From contig JANNXA010000005.1 of NCBI GenBank assembly GCA_031409275.1, forward strand, positions 1 through 51,317: a stretch of 51,317 bases of DNA. The letters run 5' to 3'. Source of the DNA: Planctomycetota bacterium (GTDB lineage Bacteria > Planctomycetota > B15-G4 > SIAN01). How positions within the stretch are numbered: the first letter of the stretch is position 1; each line of letters starts with the position of its first letter. Positions 26,945 to 35,305 of this stretch are shown piece after piece. The translations under genes were made by a program, and so were the position numbers. The notes beneath the pieces are model-generated. The model was not told where the DNA came from. It did not search any database and saw nothing but the letters and a program-made list of their open reading frames with translations.

Positions 26945-29644
26945 TCACTCGAACGTCAGCGTCCGCGGCAGCGAGTCGACCAGCTTGCCGTTGAAGCCGA
27001 TCGCGTAGGCGCGCAGCGTGTACACGTCGCCGCTGAAGCCCGCGGGGACCACGCCGCTGGCCGTGAACGCGCCGGTCGCATCGAGCGTCGACGCGACGAT
27101 CAGCTGGCTCACCGGGATGCCGTTGACGTCTTCGAGGAGCAGCACGAAGAGCGCGCCGTTCGGTCCCCCGCGCACCTTGCCGAAGACGGTGACGCCGGCA
27201 GCGGCGCTCGGCGGCGTGATCTGGAGGTAGAGGTCGTCGAACTTGTGCATCGCGATGGCGCCCGACTGCGCCCCGTTGGTGGCATCGTCGGTGGCCGTGA
27301 TCGCGAGCAGTGGGCCCGCACCCGGCCCATCCAGCAGAGCGAGCGGCCCGCTCGCGACCCTGAGCTCACGCGGGAAGATCGACGTCGCGACCGGCTCCAT
27401 CAAGAGGCCGTTGCTTCCCGACACCAGGTCGACGCGGCGGCGCGACTTCCAGCTGCTCAGCAGGTCCTGCTGGCCGTCGCTGTTGGCGTCGACGAGGACC
27501 GCGACTGCGCTGCCGAGTTCGGCGCCTGCGGCGGCACCGGTCTGCGTGGCGAGGATGGTGACGTTCTTGCCAGAGACCGTGAGGGTCTGCCCTTCGTCGC
27601 CCGCGCCGGCACCTGGAACGCCGACCACAAGGTCGGGCGTGCCGTCGCCGTTCACGTCGTCGATCGCCGCGACCGACGTCCCGAGGCGGTCGTCCGCCGC
27701 GGTGCCGCGGATCACGCGGATCTGCGCGCCCGTCTTGCCGCTCATCAAGCCGACTCGGCCCGAGTTGGTTCCGTTCACGCCGTTGAAGGGCGCGGCCACG
27801 CCCCAATCGCCGAAGCCGTCGTTGTTGATGTCGCCGAGGTGGCAGAGCGCCGCGCCGAACTGCTCGTTGGTGAAGTTGCCGAGCCCCTGCACCACCTGGG
27901 CGCCAGTGGCGAGGTTGAAGATCTTGAACTCGCCGCCGTCGGTGCGACCGGCGTCGGAAAGCGGCGAACCGATGGCCAGCTCGATGGCGCCCGACGGCTG
28001 CACGCCGACTGCGAGCGCGCGGCCGAACCCGATGCTGGTGCGCGTGTCGGTGAAGGTGCGGATCAACGTCCCCGTCGCGCCCGAGCGCACTTCGACCGAG
28101 CTCGGCCCGACCGCCGCCGCGACGGCGAAGTCGCTTCGCAGGTCGCCGTCGAGGTCCGGCAACAGCAGCAGCGTGCCGCCGAAGTCCTGCACGCCCTTGT
28201 TGAAGCGCTGGAGTTCGTGGCCGTCGGCGCCGGAGAGGAGCAGCAGTCGCTCCGTCGTGTCGAGTCGCGAGGAGTTGCCGACCAACAGGTCGGCGTAGCC
28301 GTCGCCATCGACATCGTCGAAGAGGCACGCATCGCCCTGCAGCACGTCGATCACGTTCGTGGCGTTCTTCTCCTTCACGACCGCGCCGGTCACCAGCGAG
28401 CGCACCTGCGACTTGCCGAGCGACACGCTGAAGTCGAGGGAGGTTGCGCCCACCAGCAACTCGGCGATGCCATCGCCGGTGAGGTCGGAACCGCCGCTGA
28501 GCGCCGCGCCGAGCAGGAAGTTGTTCTGGTTGAAGCTGATCAGTTCGGCTTGCGTCGCGCCCGAGAAGACCGTGACGGTGCCGCCGTTGTTGCCGCTCGG
28601 CCGACTGACTGCGAAGTCGTCGGCGCCGTCGCCGTCGAGGTCGCCCGCGCCGCAGCAATCGAGGCCGAAGCCGCCGTTGGTGTCGACCACGGAGAAGAGC
28701 ACACCGGCGGTGGCGGGGGAGTAGGCGACCAGCGTGCCCCACACGCCGAAGAACGCGTCGCTCGGTCCGACGACGATGAAGTCGTCCCGACCATCGCCGT
28801 CGAGGTCGCCGGCGAGGCGCGCCGAAGAGCTCAGCATCTTTCCGCCCGGCGGAGCGATCCGTTCGCTCAGCAGCGTCGCGCCGTTCGCGCTCGAGTAGAC
28901 CTTCACCACCAACTCGATCGTGCCGAGCCCGTCGCGCTCGATCACGGCCGCGTCACGGAGGCCGTCGTTGTCCCAGTCGCCGGCGTCGGCGATCGTCTGG
29001 CCCATCTGGCTGGTGGCGCTGCGCCCGACCCAGCTGTTCAGCACGGCGCCGGTGTCGCCGCTGATCAGTTCGACGAGGCCGACGCCTGCCGCGAGCGCCG
29101 TGCTGTGGTTCGGCGAGCCGATCAAGTAGTCGGGAACGCCGTCGCCGTCGACCTCTCCGAGGCTGACGATCGTCGCGCCGAACTGCGCGCGCGGGGAAGT
29201 GCTGGTGAGAGTCTGCAGCAGCGAGCCGTCCGCTCCCGAAACGATCGAGACGCTGCCGTTGCCATTCGTCGGCGAGCCGATGGCGAGATCGCCGATGCCG
29301 TCCCCGTCCCAGTCGCCGGCGCGAACGACGGCGGTTCCGAAGCTCTCATCGCCGAGGTCGGCCACCGTGCGGAGCAGCGTGTGGGTGGCGCCCGAATAGA
29401 TGCGCACCGCGCCCACGTGAGGCGTGGGAGCGGCGTTGCCGACCACCGCGCCGACCGCGTAGTCATCGATGCCATCGGCGTTCACGTCGTCGAGGAAGGT
29501 GAGCGAGCCGCCGAAGCGCTCGAGGCGGTCGCTGCCGAAGCGCGACCAGACTTCGTCCTGTGCAGTGGAGCGCGCGGCGGCGCACGCGAAGAAGGCAAGC
29601 CCGGCAAGGGCGCGCACCTCTTGGAATCGACGGAAGTGGATCAA
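26945..29644 (-). CDS. Secreted FG-GAP repeat protein (double propeller) with conserved C-terminal domain
   Basis: TTG start with a perfect AGGAGG SD; signal peptide ..STA/QD; DxDGDG repeats; ends GKLVDSLPRTLTFE. Confidence 0.86.
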   Translation of the reverse strand: MIHFRRFQEVRALAGLAFFACAAARSTAQDEVWSRFGSDRLERFGGSLTFLDDVNADGIDDYAVGAVVGNAAPTPHVGAVRIYSGATHTLLRTVADLGDESFGTAVVRAGDWDGDGIGDLAIGSPTNGNGSVSIVSGADGSLLQTLTSTSPRAQFGATIVSLGEVDGDGVPDYLIGSPNHSTALAAGVGLVELISGDTGAVLNSWVGRSATSQMGQTIADAGDWDNDGLRDAAVIERDGLGTIELVVKVYSSANGATLLSERIAPPGGKMLSSSARLAGDLDGDGRDDFIVVGPSDAFFGVWGTLVAYSPATAGVLFSVVDTNGGFGLDCCGAGDLDGDGADDFAVSRPSGNNGGTVTVFSGATQAELISFNQNNFLLGAALSGGSDLTGDGIAELLVGATSLDFSVSLGKSQVRSLVTGAVVKEKNATNVIDVLQGDACLFDDVDGDGYADLLVGNSSRLDTTERLLLLSGADGHELQRFNKGVQDFGGTLLLLPDLDGDLRSDFAVAAAVGPSSVEVRSGATGTLIRTFTDTRTSIGFGRALAVGVQPSGAIELAIGSPLSDAGRTDGGEFKIFNLATGAQVVQGLGNFTNEQFGAALCHLGDINNDGFGDWGVAAPFNGVNGTNSGRVGLMSGKTGAQIRVIRGTAADDRLGTSVAAIDDVNGDGTPDLVVGVPGAGAGDEGQTLTVSGKNVTILATQTGAAAGAELGSAVAVLVDANSDGQQDLLSSWKSRRRVDLVSGSNGLLMEPVATSIFPRELRVASGPLALLDGPGAGPLLAITATDDATNGAQSGAIAMHKFDDLYLQITPPSAAAGVTVFGKVRGGPNGALFVLLLEDVNGIPVSQLIVASTLDATGAFTASGVVPAGFSGDVYTLRAYAIGFNGKLVDSLPRTLTFE

Positions 29645-29984
29645 GTTGTCCTCCTGGAGCTCGCTCGACGCGGGGTGGGGGGGCGTCATGAATGGTCGAG
29701 CGGGGGAGAGACGGTAACCCGCCGGGGCGGAAGCGGCCATGCCGCGCGAAGCAGGCGCGACCAAGAGACGAACAAGAACAGCGCCGCAGGGTCGCGACGA
29801 GCGAGTGGGGGGGAACTCGTCGCGGCCCCCGGCGCCCGGGGTGGACCCGCAGGAAGGTGCGGGAGGCGGGCGCGTCAGCCAGTTTCGACGCGCGCGCCGC
29901 ACCTAGGGATCGTCTCTCGGCGCGTCGACTTGAAGGACGTGGAGTGGGAGCGCGAGAGGAAGAGCGTTCCGTCGCGCCGCCGCC

Positions 29985-31451
29985 TCACTTCGTCAGCGTG
30001 TCGATCACCCGCTCGATGGCGCGCTCGCACACCGGGCAGAACGCGGTCGGGTTGCGAGTGAACATGATGCAGTCGACGCTCGGCCGGTAGAGGCGCTTCG
30101 CCTCGTAGCCCGCGCCCTGGAACGCGCCGACCTTGCCGTACCACGGCTCCTTCGCGAGCTGCGCGCCGCCGCTCGCCTTGATCTCGCGCATCAACGCTTC
30201 ATTCACCTCGTCGCCCGCGTTCTTGGCGAGCGCCTCGGCGCGCCGCTTCTGGTAGTCGAGGTCGAGCGCGTCGTACGCCGCCTGGTCCCACGACGTCGGC
30301 AGCGGCGTGCCGGCGACGACGAGATCCTTCCACTTGAGCTGCGTGGGATCGAGCAGTGCCGTGATGTTCGGCTCCCACGGTTCGGTGCCGACGGGAGTGA
30401 ACTCCTCGTACGCGACCTGCGAGCTGTAGTACTCGTCGGCGAGCCCGCCGAAGCTGTGGCCGAACTCGTGGACGAAGACGTACGCCGCGACTTCGGTGTC
30501 GGCGCCGCAGGTCGACCACAGTCCGTAGATTCCGCCGCCGCCGTACTTGCGCGTGTTGGCCAGCAGGATCAGCGCGTCGTAGGGCGCCTGCGCGGTGAGT
30601 TCGCGCAGCTCGAGGTTCGCGAACGTGAGCATGTAGCGGTCGAGGTCGAAGGCGTTGAACTGCAGGCGCAACGGCGTGTCGACGAACGTTCCGGAACGCG
30701 GATCGGTGATGCCGGGCTGCGGCGCGGGCGCCAGCAGCGCGCGGACGTTGAAGTCGCCCTTGCGCCGCTTGAACGGTTCGGTGGCGAAGAGCGCCGCGGT
30801 CATGCGATGGACGTCGTCGACGAACTCGTCGCGCTGGCGGCCGGTGTAGCCGTCGCCGACGATCAGCAGGTCGACCTTCTCGGCGCTTGGCCCCTTCACG
30901 TCGATCGGCATCACGCCGCCGCGCGCGGTGATGGGCGAGCGGTCGACGAAGCGGCTGGCGGGGTCGCACTCGCCACGCCACAGCTCGCGCCACGAGAGGT
31001 CGTCGGCCCGCTTCTCGAGCGCCAGCGTGACCGCCGCCTTGGGTTCCGGAAAGCGCTGCGACTCGTGGAACGCGCGCCAGCTGCGCTTCGCCTCGCCGGT
31101 CGTCTCCCACTCGCCGTAGATGCTGCAGAAACCGCGGCTGTAGAGCAGTTCGCCGCCGGCGGCGTCGCGCACCACGAAACGGTACTTGCCGTAGCCGAGC
31201 GCGCCGACCCCCAACGGATCTTCGAGCTGCGTGCGCGAGCCGGCCCAATCGCCCTCGAGGCGGTAGCGATCGGGCGCGATCTGCTCGTGGGTCGCGTCGC
31301 CGCAGTGGTGGTAGTCGAAACGCAGCGTCTTGCCGGTGAAGCGAGCGTCGAACGCATCGCGCGGCGCCGTTGCTGTCGCCGCGGTCGGCGGCGCGGCAGC
31401 GGCTTGCGCGCCCAGCACGATCGCAAGGAGCAGAGCACTCATTCGTTTCAT
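29985..31451 (-). CDS. Peptidase M64 (IgA peptidase family) metalloprotease, secreted
   Basis: KTLRFDYHH N-domain, VDLLIVGDGYT, YGGGGIY, zinc motif HEFGHSFGGLADEY, YRPSVDCIM...FCPVC. Confidence 0.9.
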   Translation of the reverse strand: MKRMSALLLAIVLGAQAAAAPPTAATATAPRDAFDARFTGKTLRFDYHHCGDATHEQIAPDRYRLEGDWAGSRTQLEDPLGVGALGYGKYRFVVRDAAGGELLYSRGFCSIYGEWETTGEAKRSWRAFHESQRFPEPKAAVTLALEKRADDLSWRELWRGECDPASRFVDRSPITARGGVMPIDVKGPSAEKVDLLIVGDGYTGRQRDEFVDDVHRMTAALFATEPFKRRKGDFNVRALLAPAPQPGITDPRSGTFVDTPLRLQFNAFDLDRYMLTFANLELRELTAQAPYDALILLANTRKYGGGGIYGLWSTCGADTEVAAYVFVHEFGHSFGGLADEYYSSQVAYEEFTPVGTEPWEPNITALLDPTQLKWKDLVVAGTPLPTSWDQAAYDALDLDYQKRRAEALAKNAGDEVNEALMREIKASGGAQLAKEPWYGKVGAFQGAGYEAKRLYRPSVDCIMFTRNPTAFCPVCERAIERVIDTLTK

Positions 31452-32938
31452 CTCCCCGCCGTGATCAGCCGGCGCACCGCTTCCAGTTCCGCATCGACCC
31501 CGCGCGCGAGATCCTCGGCGCGCGGCGTCACCGTCACGTCGGGCACGATGCCGGCGTCCGGTCGTTCCATCGTGCCGATCTTCGAGAACCGCCCGATCAA
31601 GGGAAGGTCCACTTCGAGGCCGCTGCGCGGCAGGCGCAGGAAGAAGAACGCGCCGCCGTTAATCCCGCGCTGATTGCCGCCGGTCGGCTGGCCGACGAGC
31701 GTCGCGAGGCCGAGCTGACGGATCGACTGGGCGAACTCGAACGTCGCGGAGCTGTTCGAGGCGTCGATCAGCACGAAGACACGCCCGCCGAAGTGCGGCT
31801 CGGCCGGTTCGATCACGGTGCCGCCGTCGGCGCCGCGCTCGTCGTCGTAGCGCTTGAGGCGATAGAAGCCGTCGATCGGTCCGATCGCATCCTCGCCCCA
31901 ATCGCGAAACGAGTCGTCCCAGGTGTCGAGGCAGGCGTCGAGATCGCGCGGCGTCTTGCGGTAGCGCACGAAGTGCGAGTCGTCGGCCAGCACCGTCGTC
32001 GCTTCGACGAGGTAGGTCAGCAGGACGTCGCCGACGCTCGATCCGCCCTCGTTGCCACGCAGGTCGATCACCAGGTTCTCGGTGTTCCGCTCGGCGAGCT
32101 GAGCGAACGTCGAGTCGAGGTAGCCGCGCCAATCCCAGCTCGTGTCGTAGACGACCCAGCTCGGCATCGAGAGCAGCTCGCTCTTCGCGTCGATCTCCCG
32201 GTGCGTCCACAACGGACCATCGCTGCCAGCCGGCGAAGGGGCGAGCTCCTTGCGCGCGGCGAGCCGCTGCTCCCAGGTCAGCGCCTCGACGGCCACCTTC
32301 ACGTTCGTGCTCTGGCCGGGACGGCGCACTTCCAGCTCGAACGTCGGCGCGGTCCGCGGAAAGAGGAGCGGGAAGAAGAGGTCGAAGGTCTCGAAGCGCT
32401 CGTTCCCCTGCACTTCGAGCAGGCTGATCCGTTTGGCGTCGTTGGAGCCATCGGCGCGCGTCACGGTCAGCAACGCAGAGAGGAGCGTGGTCGCCGGCAT
32501 CCCGTCGATGGCCACCACTTCGCTGCCGGGGTCGAGTCGTGCGCCCGGCGAAAGATCGCGCGTCACGATCATGCGGCGCTCGATCCAGCGGAAGCAGAAC
32601 GGCACCTTGTCCTGGCCGGAGAAGAGCTCGTTCACGACGGCCTTGGACTGGTTCGCCGGATTCAAGAAGGTGTGCCCGCAGCGGATCTTCGCGGTGAATC
32701 GCGACAACTCGAGGAACGCCTCCGGACGGGTGAGGTCGCGCTGGAATGCGTCCGCGACTGCCGCGAAGTCGAGCGCTCGCTGCGCCGGCGTGGCGTAACG
32801 GTGGAGTCCCGGGTGAAGCTCCTCGAAGGCGCGGCGCAGCACCGCGAGATCGGCTTGCAGGTCGGCGGCCGCGATCCGCGCCGGCGGTTCATCGCTGAAC
32901 GGAACCGTCAGCGCAGCGGCGAGGAGCGTGGCGAGCAT
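31448..32938 (-). CDS. S41 family peptidase, secreted
   Basis: HPGLHRY, IRCGHT, PDZ-like GSEVVAIDG, LVIDLRGNEGG, NSSATF, LVGQPTGG, GIVPDV. The stop overlaps the M64 start (ATGA). Confidence 0.88.
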   Translation of the reverse strand: MLATLLAAALTVPFSDEPPARIAAADLQADLAVLRRAFEELHPGLHRYATPAQRALDFAAVADAFQRDLTRPEAFLELSRFTAKIRCGHTFLNPANQSKAVVNELFSGQDKVPFCFRWIERRMIVTRDLSPGARLDPGSEVVAIDGMPATTLLSALLTVTRADGSNDAKRISLLEVQGNERFETFDLFFPLLFPRTAPTFELEVRRPGQSTNVKVAVEALTWEQRLAARKELAPSPAGSDGPLWTHREIDAKSELLSMPSWVVYDTSWDWRGYLDSTFAQLAERNTENLVIDLRGNEGGSSVGDVLLTYLVEATTVLADDSHFVRYRKTPRDLDACLDTWDDSFRDWGEDAIGPIDGFYRLKRYDDERGADGGTVIEPAEPHFGGRVFVLIDASNSSATFEFAQSIRQLGLATLVGQPTGGNQRGINGGAFFFLRLPRSGLEVDLPLIGRFSKIGTMERPDAGIVPDVTVTPRAEDLARGVDAELEAVRRLITAGR

Positions 32939-32968
32939 CGAGGCTTCCGGGAGTCGGTCGGGGCGGCT

Positions 32969-34033
32969 TCAGCGGGAGGGCTGGTCGTTGGTGACGCAGT
33001 GGATCGCGCCGCCCCAGAACCAGAGCTCGCGCGTGTCGACGACGCGCACATCGCGGCCGGGGAAGAAGTCGGCGACGCGCGCACGTGCCGCTTCGTCCCA
33101 ATCGGCGCGGCCGAAGCCGGGCAGCAGCACGACGCCGTTCGCCACCAGCCAGTTGACGTAGTTCGCGGCCATGTCGACGCCGCGGTACCGCACCGTGCCC
33201 GGCACTTCGAGGCGCAGCACGGTGAGGCCGGCGGCGCGCAACGTCTTGGTCGCCTGCCAATAGAGGTCGGCGTCGGGGTCCTTCTCGTCGACGTACTTCG
33301 GCACGACGACGGTCGTCGCGTCGATGAAGCGGGCGATGCCATCGATGTGGCCGCCGGTGACGTCGTCCGCCGGCGCGCCTTCGATCCAGATCACCTTCTT
33401 CAGCCCGAACGCGTCGATCAGTTCCGCTTCCAGAGTCTCCTTCGCGACCCCCGGATTGCGCGACGACAGGCAGGTCCAGCTCGTGATCAGCGTGCCGTCG
33501 CCGTTGAACTCGAGCGTGCCGCGCTCGACGATGCGGCTGTTGTAGTCGTACGACGTGACGCCGACGTCCTGCGCGATCAGCGGCGGCATCGCGTCGTCAT
33601 TGGCGAAGCGCTTCACGAGCCCGCCCCAGCCATCGAAGCCCCAATCCTGCACGACCAGCTTCTTGCCGGAGCGCACCCAAACCGGTCCGTTGTCGCGCAT
33701 CCACGCCGAATCGGTCGGGTGGAGGTGGAACGTCACGCGATTGAGCGGGACGCCGGCTGCTTCGAGGTAGTCGATCGCCTTGGTGCGCTCGCTGGCGTTG
33801 TGGGCGACGAGGTCGACCGGCTCGAACTCCTGCAGGTTGCGGACGATCTCCGCGAACGCTGCCCGGTAGCTGTACTCGATGGGCCGCGGCCACTGCATCC
33901 AGGTGCGCTCGTGCGCCTCCCATTCGGCGGGGACGCGCCGTTCGGGCTTCGGCGCGCGGGGCGGGTCCGCGATCGCGGCGCCGCAGAGGACGGCCGCGAA
34001 CAGCGAGCACGAGACGGAACCGGCGATCGTCAT
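32969..34033 (-). CDS. Agmatine/peptidylarginine deiminase family protein with signal peptide
   Basis: PAEWEAH...W, WMRDNGP, DVTGGHIDG.ARF, ANYVN, GGAIHCVT (catalytic Cys). Confidence 0.88.
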   Translation of the reverse strand: MTIAGSVSCSLFAAVLCGAAIADPPRAPKPERRVPAEWEAHERTWMQWPRPIEYSYRAAFAEIVRNLQEFEPVDLVAHNASERTKAIDYLEAAGVPLNRVTFHLHPTDSAWMRDNGPVWVRSGKKLVVQDWGFDGWGGLVKRFANDDAMPPLIAQDVGVTSYDYNSRIVERGTLEFNGDGTLITSWTCLSSRNPGVAKETLEAELIDAFGLKKVIWIEGAPADDVTGGHIDGIARFIDATTVVVPKYVDEKDPDADLYWQATKTLRAAGLTVLRLEVPGTVRYRGVDMAANYVNWLVANGVVLLPGFGRADWDEAARARVADFFPGRDVRVVDTRELWFWGGAIHCVTNDQPSR

Positions 34034-34084
34034 GACGAACTCTCCGCGAGGCGGTCGCATCGGCTCGCCCTTATAAGGGTGCCG

Positions 34085-35305
34085 ATGAGCCTCTCCCTGC
34101 CGGCGCCGTCCACGACGGAGCCAGTCCGCTGTCCCCATTTCGGTCCTTGCGGCGGCTGCACGTCCCTCGACGTGCCGTACGGGGAAGAAGTTCGCTCGAA
34201 GGAAGAGAAGCTGCGCACGGCGTTCTCGCGCCACCCCGAACTGGCGCGCGCGCCGATCCTGCCGATCCTCGGCGCCACCGAACCGCTGCTCTATCGCACG
34301 TCGATCAAGGTGCCGTTCGGATGGTCGCGCGACGGGCTCGTCGCCGGCTTCTTCGCCCGCCGCTCGCACCACATCGTCGATCTCGACACCTGCCTCATCC
34401 AGCATCCGAAGCTGACCGCGCTGCTGCTGGCCGCCAAGCAGATCGCGATGTCGCTCAAGATCGCGATCCACGATCCGATCACCGGGCGCGGCATCCTGCG
34501 CCACCTCGTCGCGCGTGTCGGCGAAGGTAGCGGCGAGATCCTGGCCGGCCTCGTGGTGCAGGCGAAGGGCTACGGCAAGATCCGCGGCCTCGCGCTGAAG
34601 CTGATGGAGAAGCTCGGCAGCGAAGGGCTGGTCGGCGTCGTGCAGAACATCCACTCCGACGACGAGGACCACGCGATCCTCGGCGAGGAGACGCTGCCGC
34701 TGGTCGGCCGCAGCTGGCTGAACGAGATGAGCGACGGCCTGAAGATGCGCACCTCGCTGCAATCGTTCATGCAGGTGAATTCGGCGCAGGCGCAGGTTCT
34801 CTACGGCGAAGTGCTGCGGATGCTCGACGGCTCCCTGCACGCGGAAGGTCGCCCCGACCTTTCGGACAAGCGCATCGTCGACCTCTTCTGCGGAGTCGGG
34901 CCGATCGCGTTGCGGGCCGCGCGCGCGGGCGCCGACGTGCACGGCGTCGAATACAGCAAGGACTCGGTCCGCTCGGCGCGCTTCGCCGCGAAGCACAACG
35001 GGCTCGAAGAGCGCGCCCGGTTCCACGTCGGCGACGCCGCGCAGTTCCTCGACAAGCTCGCCGCCAAGGATCGGATCGACGCGGTGGTCGTCGATCCGCC
35101 GCGCCGCGGCCTCGCCGCGACCCTCGTGCAATCGATCGTGAAGAGCGGCGCCAAGCAGTTGGTCTACGTCTCCTGCGATCCATTCACCTTCGCACGCGAC
35201 CTCACGCTCCTGTCGGAGAGCTTCGAGATCGCGGTGGTGCGGCCGATCGACCTCTTCCCGCGCACGCTCCATCTCGAGATGGTGGCGCTGCTGCGACGGC
35301 CGTGA
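34085..35305 (+). CDS. rlmD: 23S rRNA (uracil-C5)-methyltransferase RlmD-like, no TRAM domain
   Basis: CPHFGPCGGC Fe-S motif, SFMQVN, DLFCGVG, VDPPRRG, YVSCDP, DLFPRT.HLE. The real start is 34085; the longer ORF-track extension is a shadow. Confidence 0.88.
   Translation: MSLSLPAPSTTEPVRCPHFGPCGGCTSLDVPYGEEVRSKEEKLRTAFSRHPELARAPILPILGATEPLLYRTSIKVPFGWSRDGLVAGFFARRSHHIVDLDTCLIQHPKLTALLLAAKQIAMSLKIAIHDPITGRGILRHLVARVGEGSGEILAGLVVQAKGYGKIRGLALKLMEKLGSEGLVGVVQNIHSDDEDHAILGEETLPLVGRSWLNEMSDGLKMRTSLQSFMQVNSAQAQVLYGEVLRMLDGSLHAEGRPDLSDKRIVDLFCGVGPIALRAARAGADVHGVEYSKDSVRSARFAAKHNGLEERARFHVGDAAQFLDKLAAKDRIDAVVVDPPRRGLAATLVQSIVKSGAKQLVYVSCDPFTFARDLTLLSESFEIAVVRPIDLFPRTLHLEMVALLRRP

Noticed and set aside
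9520..29644. Recurrent GCCGTCGCCGTCGAGGTCGCC-like DNA repeats as a possible CRISPR, DGR or REP system
   Set aside because: They are the reverse complement of codons for GDLDGDG loops, degenerate and irregularly spaced. No cas, reverse transcriptase or TR/VR pair is evident.
31370..34084. N-terminal ~900 aa of the 1311-aa ORF, an apparent giant RlmD fusion
   Set aside because: It is the antisense shadow of the S41 and deiminase genes; RlmD motifs begin only after ATG 34085.
32969..35272. 767-aa version of the deiminase ORF
   Set aside because: The extension is antisense to rlmD; the signal peptide and family motifs begin at 34033.
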